This document shows, piece after piece, positions 7,140-16,612 of a DNA stretch of 64,000 bases. A model generated the notes under the pieces. It saw only the letters and a program-made list of their open reading frames with translations, was not told the DNA's origin and ran no database searches. Source of the stretch: an uncultured Candidatus Rokubacteria bacterium (GTDB lineage Bacteria > Methylomirabilota > Methylomirabilia > Rokubacteriales > DASRDR01); the NCBI GenBank assembly GCA_963805625.1, contig CAWDVE010000024.1:32001-96000 (forward strand), written 5' to 3'. Each line of letters begins with the position of its first letter. The first letter of the stretch is position 1. Made by a program: the position numbers and the translations under genes.

Positions 7140-10082
7140 TCAGCGCAGCTCGTGCGCCTGGCGCTTGACAGTCCCGAGGGAGGCGTCGAGCTCGGCCTGG
7201 CTGGCGAAGATCTCGTCGGCGGGGAGCACCTTGACGATCTGGAACACCTTCAGCACGGCCGCCTGCGCGTTGACAAGGGCCACCCGTCCCCCGCGCCCCT
7301 CGATCACCCTGCGCGCCTGGATGACGCACCGGATTCCCGCGCTGCTGATGTACTCGAGGCCGTCGAGCCGGAACACGAGCGACGTGATGCCCGGTCGATC
7401 GAGCAGGAGGGCGAGCTCCGCCTCGAGCTGCGGCGCGGTGGTGGTGTCGAGGCGCCCCCGGAGGGCCGCCCAGCGCTCCGTCGGCCCGAGGCTGCCGATC
7501 TCGATGTCGAGTGCGAGGGCCCCGCCCGGTCCAGGCGGCGTCCCGACCTCGAAGGGCGCGCCCTCCGAGGGATCGGCGGGTCGTCCCCAGTGGAGCGTGA
7601 CGACGTTGGCCCCTCCCTCACGCGCATACTCCCAGCGGTCGACGAGGCGACTGACCAGCAGGAGACCGAGCCCCCCGATCGGACGGGCGGCGAGAGGCGC
7701 CTCGAGGTCCGGTGCCGGAGCCTCGAGCGGATTGAACGGCGGGCCTGCGTCCTCGAGCCGGATCTCGATCTTCTCCGGGAGGAGCCGGAGCCCGATGTGC
7801 GCTTGGCGCCCGGGCTGGCCGCGATAGGCGTGGGTGACCACGTTCGTCAGAAGCTCCTCGACGGCGAGCACGCAGTCGTGGACGGTCGGCGGGGGAACGT
7901 TGCGGGCCCGCAGGATCGCCTCGATCCACCGCCACGCCCGGGGGGCAGTCTCCGGCTCGCTGTCGACCGAAAATCGCCACGCTTCCCCGTCGCGCGCGTC
8001 CACGGTCACGCCGGGGGGCCGGTACTGCAGGGCCAGCATCGCCAGATCGTCCCGAGGCGCTCCGCCGGCCGAGAATCGCTCGACGGCGTCGACCAGCCGA
8101 TCGGGGAGGGTGGCGAGAGCATCCGCGGGTGTCTCGGCGACGACGCGCTGGAATCGCTCCAGGCCGAAGGCGGTGCCCGCTCGGTCGAAGGCCTCGGTCA
8201 CCCCGTCCGTGCAGAGGACGAGCGTGTCGCCGGGCGCGAGGTGCCCGGTCCACACGGGGAACCCGGCGCCCGCGCCGAGGCCGAGGGCGGCCCCGCCCTC
8301 GAGGACCAGCACCGTCGTCTCACCGCCGAGCCGACGCAGGAGCGGCCGCTCGTGGCCCGCGCTCGAGTAGCGGAGCTCACCGCTCTCGCCGTCGAGCACG
8401 GCGCAGGCCATGGTGACAAACATGCACATGTCGTTGCCCTGGGACAGCCGCATGTCCAGCTCCTGCAGGACGTCGTCGGGACCGGTGTCACCCCGGCCGA
8501 TCGCGCGCAGGAGCCCGGTCACGCGCGCCATGAGGAGCGCGGCGGGCATTCCCTTGTCCGCCACATCGGCGATGGCGAAGATGAGCCGGCGGCCGTCGAG
8601 CAGGAAGAAGTCGTAGAGGTCGCCGCCGACCTCGCGGGCCGGCTGGAGCGTCGCGGCGATCGCGCAGCCGGCCAGCGGCTCCGACGGAGCGATGGGGAGC
8701 ATCGACTGCTGGATCTGGCGCGCGATGTCGAGCTCCCGGGCCCGCCGCTGCTCCTCCGCCAGCCGGGCCGCACGCTCCTCGATGTGCCCCCGGAGCATGC
8801 GGCGCATCCGGTCCGTCACGTCCCGGAGCGCGCCGACCTCCAGCGGATTCCACACCTCGGGGAGCGGGGTATCGAGGTCGCCCCCCCCGATCCGCTCCAC
8901 CGATCGGGCCAGTGTCTCGAGCGGCCGGGAGATGCGGCGGGCCGAGAACCACACGAGACCGAGGGTCAGCCCGAGGATGCCCAGGCCGATCAGGAGCTGC
9001 CACTGCGCCAGGCCGCGTGCCTCGGCGACCAGCTCGTCGCGGGGGGCCGCCAGAACCAGGGTGAGCGGCTCACCGACGTCCACCTGGATCGACCGCTTCC
9101 CGCCGATCCACGCCCGGCCCTGGACGGGCAGGGTCGTGTGCCCGCGCGTCGAGTCGTCGGGGCGGGCGAGGAGTTGCCTCAGCGCGGGGTCCTCGAGGTC
9201 GGTCACGCGGGTGAGGGCGGGGTCGCCGGGCCCTGGGCGGACCAGTCGTCCCGGGTCGGGGTGGGCGATCACGAACCCGAGGCGGTCGACGAGCGCGATC
9301 TTGGCGGAGGGGGTGACGCGGGACTGCGCGAGATGACGCGAGAGCTCCTGGAGCGTGATGTCCGCGCCGACGACCGTCGCGCCGGTCTCGCTCCGCTGCG
9401 CGAGCGTCGTGCCGATCTCGCGCGTCGTGAAGAACACGTACGGGCTGGTCCGGATGAGCGTCGCGCTCGACACCGCTTGGCGGTACCAGTCGCGGGTCCG
9501 CGGATCGAAGCGGTAGGCGGGCCGCGGCTCGTCCTGGACCACGGCGAGCTGCCCGTCCAGGAATAGGTAGCGTCCCGGCGTCGGGCGGTCAGTGGCGGCC
9601 AAGCTCTGGACGAGGAACGTGGCCCCCGCGGGCGCATTGAGGCTCTGCCGGACGGCATCCCTCAACGAGCGCACGAGAAAGAAGTCACCGTTCCCGAAGC
9701 CGACGTAGACGGCCGAGATCTCGGGGTGCGTCACGAGGGCGGTGGTGAGCAGCGGGAGGGCTTCGAGGCGCGGGGCTAGGGCGGTAGTCCGCGTCAGGGG
9801 GTGTCGTGCGAGGAGTTCCACCAGGAGCCGGGCGGGGGCGAGCAGATTTCGCACCTGGTCGGCAGTGTGCTCCGCGACGTGCAGGAACTCCTCGTCGCCG
9901 GCGGAGAGCAGAAGACGCGTGGTGGCGCGGTAGCCGTAGGCGACGATGGCCAGGCCGGCGGCCGCGATGAGCGCCACGAACAAGGTCGCGATGTGCACGC
10001 GGAGCCGGAACCGCCTCCGCGGCGAGTGGCCGGCCTCGGAGACATTCCCGGGATCCGGTCGGACGGGATCAATGGCCGACAT
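7140..10082 (-). CDS. membrane sensor fusion: Cache-HAMP-PP2C(SpoIIE)-anti-sigma kinase(HATPase_c)-STAS
   Basis: Two TM helices flanking a Cache-like domain; HAMP; GGDLYD / ADVADKG / CTDG / RDD phosphatase motifs; EELLTN, DAGPPFNP and GGLGL kinase motifs; GRLD...LEYISSAG STAS motif. Confidence 0.9.
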   Translation of the reverse strand: MSAIDPVRPDPGNVSEAGHSPRRRFRLRVHIATLFVALIAAAGLAIVAYGYRATTRLLLSAGDEEFLHVAEHTADQVRNLLAPARLLVELLARHPLTRTTALAPRLEALPLLTTALVTHPEISAVYVGFGNGDFFLVRSLRDAVRQSLNAPAGATFLVQSLAATDRPTPGRYLFLDGQLAVVQDEPRPAYRFDPRTRDWYRQAVSSATLIRTSPYVFFTTREIGTTLAQRSETGATVVGADITLQELSRHLAQSRVTPSAKIALVDRLGFVIAHPDPGRLVRPGPGDPALTRVTDLEDPALRQLLARPDDSTRGHTTLPVQGRAWIGGKRSIQVDVGEPLTLVLAAPRDELVAEARGLAQWQLLIGLGILGLTLGLVWFSARRISRPLETLARSVERIGGGDLDTPLPEVWNPLEVGALRDVTDRMRRMLRGHIEERAARLAEEQRRARELDIARQIQQSMLPIAPSEPLAGCAIAATLQPAREVGGDLYDFFLLDGRRLIFAIADVADKGMPAALLMARVTGLLRAIGRGDTGPDDVLQELDMRLSQGNDMCMFVTMACAVLDGESGELRYSSAGHERPLLRRLGGETTVLVLEGGAALGLGAGAGFPVWTGHLAPGDTLVLCTDGVTEAFDRAGTAFGLERFQRVVAETPADALATLPDRLVDAVERFSAGGAPRDDLAMLALQYRPPGVTVDARDGEAWRFSVDSEPETAPRAWRWIEAILRARNVPPPTVHDCVLAVEELLTNVVTHAYRGQPGRQAHIGLRLLPEKIEIRLEDAGPPFNPLEAPAPDLEAPLAARPIGGLGLLLVSRLVDRWEYAREGGANVVTLHWGRPADPSEGAPFEVGTPPGPGGALALDIEIGSLGPTERWAALRGRLDTTTAPQLEAELALLLDRPGITSLVFRLDGLEYISSAGIRCVIQARRVIEGRGGRVALVNAQAAVLKVFQIVKVLPADEIFASQAELDASLGTVKRQAHELR

Positions 10083-10361
10083 CAGCGTAGATCTCCCGAC
10101 GGGCCCGGGCTGCCGCCGATGGGAGGGTGACGGCGGGATCGCGTCCAGCCCGGCGGGGGCCGCGGAGCCCGGGACCGCGGGGCGCCCCGGCGCGGGGAAT
10201 GTCCGGTCACGTGGATTCCCCGCCGCGTGTTCACGAGCTCACCCGATCCTAGCATGGGAGCTAGGGCGGCCCCCTGCACTCACGCTCCAGTCCGAGTCCG
10301 GTCCGCCGAGGACCCGGGCGGCAACCCGCCGGGCGCGGCGGCTCCGGCCCGCTCGGCCGCC

Positions 10362-11951
10362 CTAGGCCTTGAGCCCCACGTTCCAGAAGAAGGGGCGGTA
10401 GCGGTTCGCATACCCGGCGACGCTCTTCTGCTTGATCCGGAGCGTGAAGAAGTCGCCGAGCTTCGCGACCGGCACCTCGTCCCAGAACCAGCGCTGGATC
10501 TCTTCCCAGACGGCCTTCCGTCGAGCGAAGTCGGTCTCGCACGCCAGCCGTGACTGGAGGGCGTCGAGCTTCGGGTCGCACGTCCATCCCGGCCAGTCGC
10601 AGAACAGGATGGGAAGCTGGGAGGGATCGGTCTGGAAGCCGATGCCGGTCGTGAACACCTCGTAGAGCTTGGGGTCGTTGCGGCGCTGGACCACCGTCGC
10701 CCACTCGAGCACCTGGAGGTCGATGTTGAAGCCCACGTCCTCCAGTTGTTGCTTGGCGGCAAGCGCCGACTTGTACATCCAGTCGTAGAACTGGGTGGCC
10801 ATCCAGCGGATCGGCTCCCCTTTGTAGCCGGCGTCCCGCATGAGCCGCTTCGCCTTCTCGCGGTCCGGGCGGCTGTAGACGTCCTTGCCGGCGTCCGACC
10901 ACCACACCTGCTCCCGGAAGATCAGGCTGGGGTCGAGCCGGTAGAACTCGGGTGCCCCGACCGCCGCCTTCATGATCGGCTCCATGTCGAGGGCGGCGAC
11001 GACCGCCTGGCGGAGCGCCTTCGAGGTGAACGGCCCCTGCTTCTTGTTGAAGATCGCGCTGACCCACTCGTTCGGCTTGACGATCATCACGTCGAGCCGG
11101 GGATTTCGGTTCAGGCGCTCGTAGTTGTCGGGGGAGATCCAGTCGCTGAAATGGAACTCGCCCGACTCGACACCCGCGGCCCGGACCGACACGTCGGGCA
11201 CCGGGATGAACTGGAGCTCGTCCACGTAGGCCGTCCGCCGGCCGCCGTAGCCGCTGGTCGCCTCCGGCCGGGCGGCGTAGCGGTCGAAGCGGGCCATGCG
11301 GGTGTACCGGTCGGGGATGCGCTCGACGAAGCGGAACGGCCCCGTGCCGACGAAGTCCTTGATCTGGCCGTCGCCCGCCGCCTCGACGACCTCCTTCGGG
11401 TAGATCGCCGGAAACTGACTCGCGTTCCCCAAGGCGGCGAGGACGGCGCCCGCGCAGCCGCCGAACCGGAACTCGACGGTGTACCGGTCCTTCGCCTGGA
11501 AGGACTGGACGCTCTTGAAGAGGCCCTTCCCCACGGTGGCGATCCGCCCCCACCGGGCGAGCGACGCGACCACGTCCTCGGCGGAGCACTCCTTGCCGTT
11601 GTGGAAGGGCACGCCGCGCCGGAGCCGGATGGTCCAGGTCTTGTCCCCGTCCGCGACCGCGTGGCCCTCCGCCAACATCGGAACGACGCCGTAGCGCTCG
11701 TCCAGCGTAAACAGAGGCTCGTACAGGTGCGACGTGACGTCGTACGTGAGAGTCGCGGTCGTCCAGTGCGCGTCGAGGGAGGGCGGCTCGCCGATGATCG
11801 CGACCTTCAGCACGCCCCCGGGCCGAGGGTCCTGAGCATGGGCGGGACGCCGGAGGATGGCAGGGGCAAGGGTGCCGGCGATCCCGAGGGCGGCGACCCC
11901 CCCGAGAAGGCGCCGGCGGGACGGCATCGTCGTGGCTCGGGGCTCGCGCAT
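10362..11951 (-). CDS. ABC transporter substrate-binding protein, family 5 (peptide/nickel), Tat signal
   Basis: SRRRLL twin-Arg leader; EPPSLD, LRRGVPFHNG and GTGPF motifs. Confidence 0.92.
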   Translation of the reverse strand: MREPRATTMPSRRRLLGGVAALGIAGTLAPAILRRPAHAQDPRPGGVLKVAIIGEPPSLDAHWTTATLTYDVTSHLYEPLFTLDERYGVVPMLAEGHAVADGDKTWTIRLRRGVPFHNGKECSAEDVVASLARWGRIATVGKGLFKSVQSFQAKDRYTVEFRFGGCAGAVLAALGNASQFPAIYPKEVVEAAGDGQIKDFVGTGPFRFVERIPDRYTRMARFDRYAARPEATSGYGGRRTAYVDELQFIPVPDVSVRAAGVESGEFHFSDWISPDNYERLNRNPRLDVMIVKPNEWVSAIFNKKQGPFTSKALRQAVVAALDMEPIMKAAVGAPEFYRLDPSLIFREQVWWSDAGKDVYSRPDREKAKRLMRDAGYKGEPIRWMATQFYDWMYKSALAAKQQLEDVGFNIDLQVLEWATVVQRRNDPKLYEVFTTGIGFQTDPSQLPILFCDWPGWTCDPKLDALQSRLACETDFARRKAVWEEIQRWFWDEVPVAKLGDFFTLRIKQKSVAGYANRYRPFFWNVGLKA

Positions 11952-11955
11952 CGCT

Positions 11956-13221
11956 CTACCCTCCGTGGGCGGCCGGTTGCCCCGCCGCCATCTGCTGCTG
12001 AAGTGCCTCGCGCAAGTGGAGCATCCGCTCGACCCGGTCGGCGAGGGCCTGGCCCGTGGCGGCCCGGTCGGTGGTGATCTCGGCGAGCAGCTCCCGCTCC
12101 CACGCGTGCCAGACACGCTGCACGGCGGGCGCGCGCCCGGCCGGATCGCGCATGACCTCGTCCCCGAGCGCCTTCATGAGCCACCACGCCGACCGCCCGT
12201 CCGGCTCGCCCGTGCCCCGCGTCAGCGCGTCGGGGAGCTCGACCCCGACGGCGACCGGGAGGAACACGCTCGTGCACGGGGTGGTCTGGGCGCACCATGC
12301 GATCAGGGGACTCTCTCGGCCCAGCTCCGCCACCATGGCGGCCGCCGTCGCGCCGGTTGCCGGGTCGGGATGCATGCAGACGGACCATCCCTGGGGATCG
12401 CCGTCCTTCCGGCCGGGGCGATGGATGGTGCGGCCGTCGTAGTGGTCGCGGAGGTGCCGCTGCATCTCGGGGATGCCGGGCCGACCGGTCGACGCCAGGA
12501 AGCGGCAGCTCGCATCGTACCGGGCCTCGGCCCGGTAGCGCGGCTCGGGGTTCTCGAAGGCGGCGCGGAAGTCGAAGCGGCGGCCCGGCTCGGGCCGCCA
12601 CCATCCGCGCTCCGCAGCGTTGGCCTCGATGCCCGGCGACGCCTCGTCCCAGTCGTCGCCGATCGTGGCGAGGTTGGAGATCGCCGCGCGGCCGCGGACC
12701 CGCCGGGCGACCCAGTGGCGCCCCGACGTCTCGAGCACCCACGCGGCGCCGGGGTCCGCGATGATGAAGCTGTTGTGGTAGAAGCGGCGGCCCCCGTGCT
12801 GGGCGCTGCCGCCCTGGCCGTGACGCGCGAGGAGATCGGTGATCACCCGCTTGGCGTCGTCGGCGGTCCGCCCCCGCTCGAGCCCCAGGCGCAGCAGATC
12901 CATGCCCAGCAGGCCCGTCTCGGCGGGCGTCTCTCGCGTGTGGAGGGCCTCGTTGCCGATCGCCACGCCGGATTCGTTGACGCCGTGCTCGAATCCCCAG
13001 ATCCACCAGGGGCGACTACCCAGGACCGTGAGGGTCTCGGGGACCTCGGGGATCTCGAGATACGTGCACCGGACGGTCGCGCCGGAGGCGTGCCGCCGCG
13101 CCGGCACTGCCTGGAGCGGCTGGCATTCCGTCGACGGGCGGTCGCTGTTCTTGGCGAAGAGCGTGCGGCCGCTTCGCGTGTCGGATCCGAGGGCGACGAG
13201 CGTGTCGCAGCTGGTGTTCAC
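11956..13221 (-). CDS. C69 family dipeptidase / secernin-like Ntn hydrolase
   Basis: GTG start after GAGGA; SCDTLVAL nucleophile Cys; FAKNSDRP, GVNESGVAIGNE and GMDLLRLGLER. Confidence 0.9.
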   Translation of the reverse strand: MNTSCDTLVALGSDTRSGRTLFAKNSDRPSTECQPLQAVPARRHASGATVRCTYLEIPEVPETLTVLGSRPWWIWGFEHGVNESGVAIGNEALHTRETPAETGLLGMDLLRLGLERGRTADDAKRVITDLLARHGQGGSAQHGGRRFYHNSFIIADPGAAWVLETSGRHWVARRVRGRAAISNLATIGDDWDEASPGIEANAAERGWWRPEPGRRFDFRAAFENPEPRYRAEARYDASCRFLASTGRPGIPEMQRHLRDHYDGRTIHRPGRKDGDPQGWSVCMHPDPATGATAAAMVAELGRESPLIAWCAQTTPCTSVFLPVAVGVELPDALTRGTGEPDGRSAWWLMKALGDEVMRDPAGRAPAVQRVWHAWERELLAEITTDRAATGQALADRVERMLHLREALQQQMAAGQPAAHGG

Positions 13222-13262
13222 GGCGTCCTCTCTCGCGGGTATCGGCTCCGAGCATAGCATCC

Positions 13263-13602
13263 TCAGCGGCTGGCCGGCTCGATGACGACCGCAGTGCCGT
13301 ACGCCGGCACCTCGGTGACGCCGGGGGCGACCTCGTTCGCGTCGTAGCACGTGGCGATGACGGCGTTGGCGCCGACCTCGGCGGCGTGCCGCATCATGAG
13401 ATCGAAGGCGTCCTGCCGGGCGTGCTCGCAGAGCTCGGTGTAGAGCGTGATGTTGCCGCCGAAGAGCCTGGATGGACGCGCCGAGACTGCCCACCACGCT
13501 GCGGGAGCGCACGACGATGCCGCGCACGACGCCGCGGTGCTGGACGACCCGGTATCCCTCGAAGCCCATCGCGGTCGTCACACGCCCATGCGGGATGGCC
13601 AC
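13263..13602 (-). pseudogene. YbjQ / UPF0145 family protein, frameshifted
   Basis: [15 protein letters not shown] in one frame, then [21 protein letters not shown]...GANAVI...AYGTAVVIE in another; shift near 13465. Confidence 0.85.
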
Positions 13603-13644
13603 GCGTTCCTCTCCTCGGTCCGCCCCACGGTCGGCGCGAACGGG

Positions 13645-13980
13645 TCACGCCAGGGGAACGTAGTCGTACTCGCCGATGCCCTGCAGGACGAGGAAGGTGG
13701 CGGAGCCGTCGCCGCCGTTGGTGACGAGGTGGGGGCGTCCGGGTCGCACCGAGTACGTCTCGGCGGGCCCGAGCCGCACCTCCTCCTTGGGGTCGCGGAG
13801 GAAGAGCCGGAGCCGGCCCTCCAGCACGTAGAACGTGTCCTGGACGTGGGTGTGGCAGTGCCAGGGGACCCGCTGGCTCGGGGAGATCTGGAGCTCGGTG
13901 ATCCGGAAGCCCGGGCGCTCGGCGTGACGGGCGCGCCGCTCGACCTCGTAGAGATGGCTCGAGTCCCTGACGGCAGCCAT
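13645..13980 (-). CDS. cupin domain protein
   Basis: WHCHTHVQDTFYVLEG and PGRPHLVTN cupin motifs; GAGGAGG RBS. Confidence 0.9.
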   Translation of the reverse strand: MAAVRDSSHLYEVERRARHAERPGFRITELQISPSQRVPWHCHTHVQDTFYVLEGRLRLFLRDPKEEVRLGPAETYSVRPGRPHLVTNGGDGSATFLVLQGIGEYDYVPLA

Positions 13981-14094
13981 GACGGCCTCCTCGCGTGCTC
14001 GCGAAGCGGCCAGCATACTGCCGCGGGGCGAGTCCCCCGGGACCCGCCGCCGATCTGCGCCGGCGCGCTCACGGCTTCCGGGTCGGTGACCGGC

Positions 14095-15381
14095 CTAGCG
14101 CTCCTCCGCGGGCGCCCGAGGACCGCGGGGGGCGATCGGGAGCACGCGCTGGAGGGCGACCAGGGTGAAGAACAGCCGGATCCGGAGGCGCGCCGCGAGC
14201 GACGGCCGCCAGTTCCCGGCAAGGACGGAGAGCACGGCCTGGTAGATCCCCCAGCGGTTGGTCCGGCGGAACCAGAGGTCCCGGAAGTTCGGATTGTAGA
14301 AGCCGACCGCGAAGCGCCGGAAATGATGGTAGCGGGCCCGCACGAGGCGCTCGTACGCGGTGAATCGCCGCCGGGACAGGTCGCCATCGCGGAGGCCCGC
14401 GTCGATCGCGGCCGCCGCGTCCAGCCCGCCCTGCATCGCCAGGAGGACGCCGGTCGAAAAGATCGGGTCGAGAAACGCCGCAGCGTCGCCGACCGTCACC
14501 CAGCGATCCCCGGCCACCTTGGTGCCGAGGTACGAGTAGTCCGCGTCGAACCGGGCCGGCGAAACGCGCCGGGCGGCCGCCAGGAGCTGGGCCGCGCTCG
14601 GCGTGCGATCGACGTAGTGCGTGAGGCTCTCCTCGGGCGTGGCCTTCGACTCCCGGCGGTGAACGGCCTGGGGGATCACGGCCCCCACGCTCGTGACGGT
14701 CTCCGAGATCGGGATCAGCCAGAGCCAGCCCATGTCGGGCCGCGTGAACATCCGGATATCCCCCGCGCGCCGCCCGGGGAGGCGCGGGATGTTCTCGTAC
14801 TGCGCGTGCACGGCGATGTTACGAAGGACAGGATCGAACGTGTGACGCCCGAGCTTCTTGGCGAGAAAGCCGGTTCGCCCGGACGCGTCGACCACGACGC
14901 CCGCGCGCACCGCGTGCTCCACGCCCTCCGGATCGGCGAATCGGAGCGTGACCCCGGTCGGATCGAAAGCGGCGTCGAGGGCGCGATGCCGCTCGCGGAC
15001 GGTCACGCCGGACTTCTCGGAGTGACGGAGCAGGAGCTCGTCGAACGTCGCCCGCGGGACCTGGATGGTCTGGGGGGTGGGCGTCTCGACCGCATCGGCG
15101 AAATCGGCGTACTGCTCGACGGCGCCGTCGAGCGTTCGGAAGCTCGCCCCCCACTTGCGGACGAATCCGGCGGCGGCGATCGTGTCGTGAACGCCGAGCT
15201 CCCGGAAGATCTCGTTGGTCCAGGGAAGCTGAGACTCCCCGATGTGGAAGCGGGGAAACTGCTCGCGCTCCAGCAGGAGGACCCGGCGTCCGTACCGCGC
15301 GAGCGCCGTGGCGGCGCTGGAGCCGCCCGGGCCGCCGCCCACGACGACGGCGTCGAACTCCCAGTCGCTCGGCGCGGTCAT
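14095..15381 (-). CDS. flavin-dependent halogenase-like oxidoreductase
   Basis: GGGPGG, FPRFHIGES, FVRKWG (catalytic-Lys position), WLWLIP (WxWxIP) and GDAAAFLDPIFSTG. Confidence 0.85.
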   Translation of the reverse strand: MTAPSDWEFDAVVVGGGPGGSSAATALARYGRRVLLLEREQFPRFHIGESQLPWTNEIFRELGVHDTIAAAGFVRKWGASFRTLDGAVEQYADFADAVETPTPQTIQVPRATFDELLLRHSEKSGVTVRERHRALDAAFDPTGVTLRFADPEGVEHAVRAGVVVDASGRTGFLAKKLGRHTFDPVLRNIAVHAQYENIPRLPGRRAGDIRMFTRPDMGWLWLIPISETVTSVGAVIPQAVHRRESKATPEESLTHYVDRTPSAAQLLAAARRVSPARFDADYSYLGTKVAGDRWVTVGDAAAFLDPIFSTGVLLAMQGGLDAAAAIDAGLRDGDLSRRRFTAYERLVRARYHHFRRFAVGFYNPNFRDLWFRRTNRWGIYQAVLSVLAGNWRPSLAARLRIRLFFTLVALQRVLPIAPRGPRAPAEER

Positions 15382-15415
15382 TCGTCGCGGACCGGATGCC
15401 TCGGCGTGCGGGCGG

Positions 15416-16291
15416 CTACGGCGCGAGGCTCGCGATCGACTGCTCGTACTGGCACGTGCCCATGGCGCCGTCGGTGAAGATGCCGCGCTCCGCGACCCAC
15501 TGGACGGTCTGGTCGAAGACCTCCTTCGTGTAGGGCTCGAACACGATGCGCTCGCCCGGGCCCCAGCGGCGGGTGTCCATGAGCGGATGGAAGCGGACCG
15601 GGAACTCGTTCCGGTAGTAGTGGGTGTAGCGATCGGGCCGGACATCGATGTCGCGCTGCGCCCGCTGGAGCGCCCGGAAGAACCGGCGCAGGTCCTCGGG
15701 GTCCGGCTGGCCGTGGATCATCGTCGTGATCATGAAGGAGGTGTCGATGATCTTGCGGAAGCCGAGCTGCTCCGCGAAGTAGTACGGGCCGCTGAACAGG
15801 GCGGCGGCGGGCACCTTGGCGTCGATCAAGAGCTCCATGCGGCGAAAGAGCATGCCGTCGTTGAACGACAGGTTGATCCGGGGCGCGGGGAGATACGGCT
15901 CGAGCGCCTGGATCGTCGCGTAGTGGCTGCCGGATTGGTAGCCGACCGAGATCGGCACCCCGGCCAGCTGGTCCGGCGTCCTCACCGGCGACTCGGCGGG
16001 GACGAAGATGCCCGCCGGCGCGACGGAGTAGGCACCGGGATAGAGCTTGCCGTGACCCGCCGACGCGGCGATGCCCACCGTCCAGTGGCACGCGCAGCTG
16101 ACGTCGGCCGCGCGGCCCGCCTCGAGCGACTGGTAGGCGCCGACCTTGTCGCCCTGGTCGTGGATCCGGCCGTCCGTGGACTGCACGAGCTCGCGAAAGA
16201 CGTAGTCGAGCCCTTCCTGGGTGAAGTAGCCCTTCTCCTCGGCGACCCACTCCTGCAGCCGGAAGTGCGGCTCGATGACGAATTTGCCCAT
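15416..16291 (-). CDS. NMT1/THI5/SsuA-like substrate-binding-fold protein
   Basis: WVAEEKGYFTQEGLD and LAGVPISVGYQSGSHY; no signal peptide visible. Confidence 0.8.
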   Translation of the reverse strand: MGKFVIEPHFRLQEWVAEEKGYFTQEGLDYVFRELVQSTDGRIHDQGDKVGAYQSLEAGRAADVSCACHWTVGIAASAGHGKLYPGAYSVAPAGIFVPAESPVRTPDQLAGVPISVGYQSGSHYATIQALEPYLPAPRINLSFNDGMLFRRMELLIDAKVPAAALFSGPYYFAEQLGFRKIIDTSFMITTMIHGQPDPEDLRRFFRALQRAQRDIDVRPDRYTHYYRNEFPVRFHPLMDTRRWGPGERIVFEPYTKEVFDQTVQWVAERGIFTDGAMGTCQYEQSIASLAP

Positions 16292-16612
16292 GTCACTCTC
16301 CTCGATCGGGTCGCCTCAGACGCGATGTGCATCCGCTCGGGCGGCCGTGACCACGGCCGCTATGGCGGCTGCCCGCTCCGGAGCGCGCTTCTCCAGCATT
16401 CTACAACCAGGTGGAGCCGATCGCTCGTGCCCGGCGCGGCGCTCCAGCGGCCTTCCTGTGTTCGGCCGTGGCGGCGCTCCCCGAGGCGTCGCAGGAGCAT
16501 CACGGCGCCGCCGCCGAAGACGGCCAGCTCGGCCCCGAGGTCGGTGGGCAGAGGAGGCAGGGCTGACGGCTCCGGCACGCCGCGGTGATCATCGGCTCCT
16601 CCGTCCGGCGCG

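Noticed and set aside
6789-9566. 925-aa plus-strand ORF (likewise 36731-39469, 20206-22440, 43581-44972 and 13447-15477)
   Set aside because: Antisense shadows of well-supported genes; stop codons are scarce in GC-rich DNA and the translations have no motifs.
11956-13602. Genuine 548-aa YbjQ-secernin fusion protein
   Set aside because: The linker is out-of-frame ybjQ sequence, and the peptidase has its own RBS and start next to the catalytic Cys.
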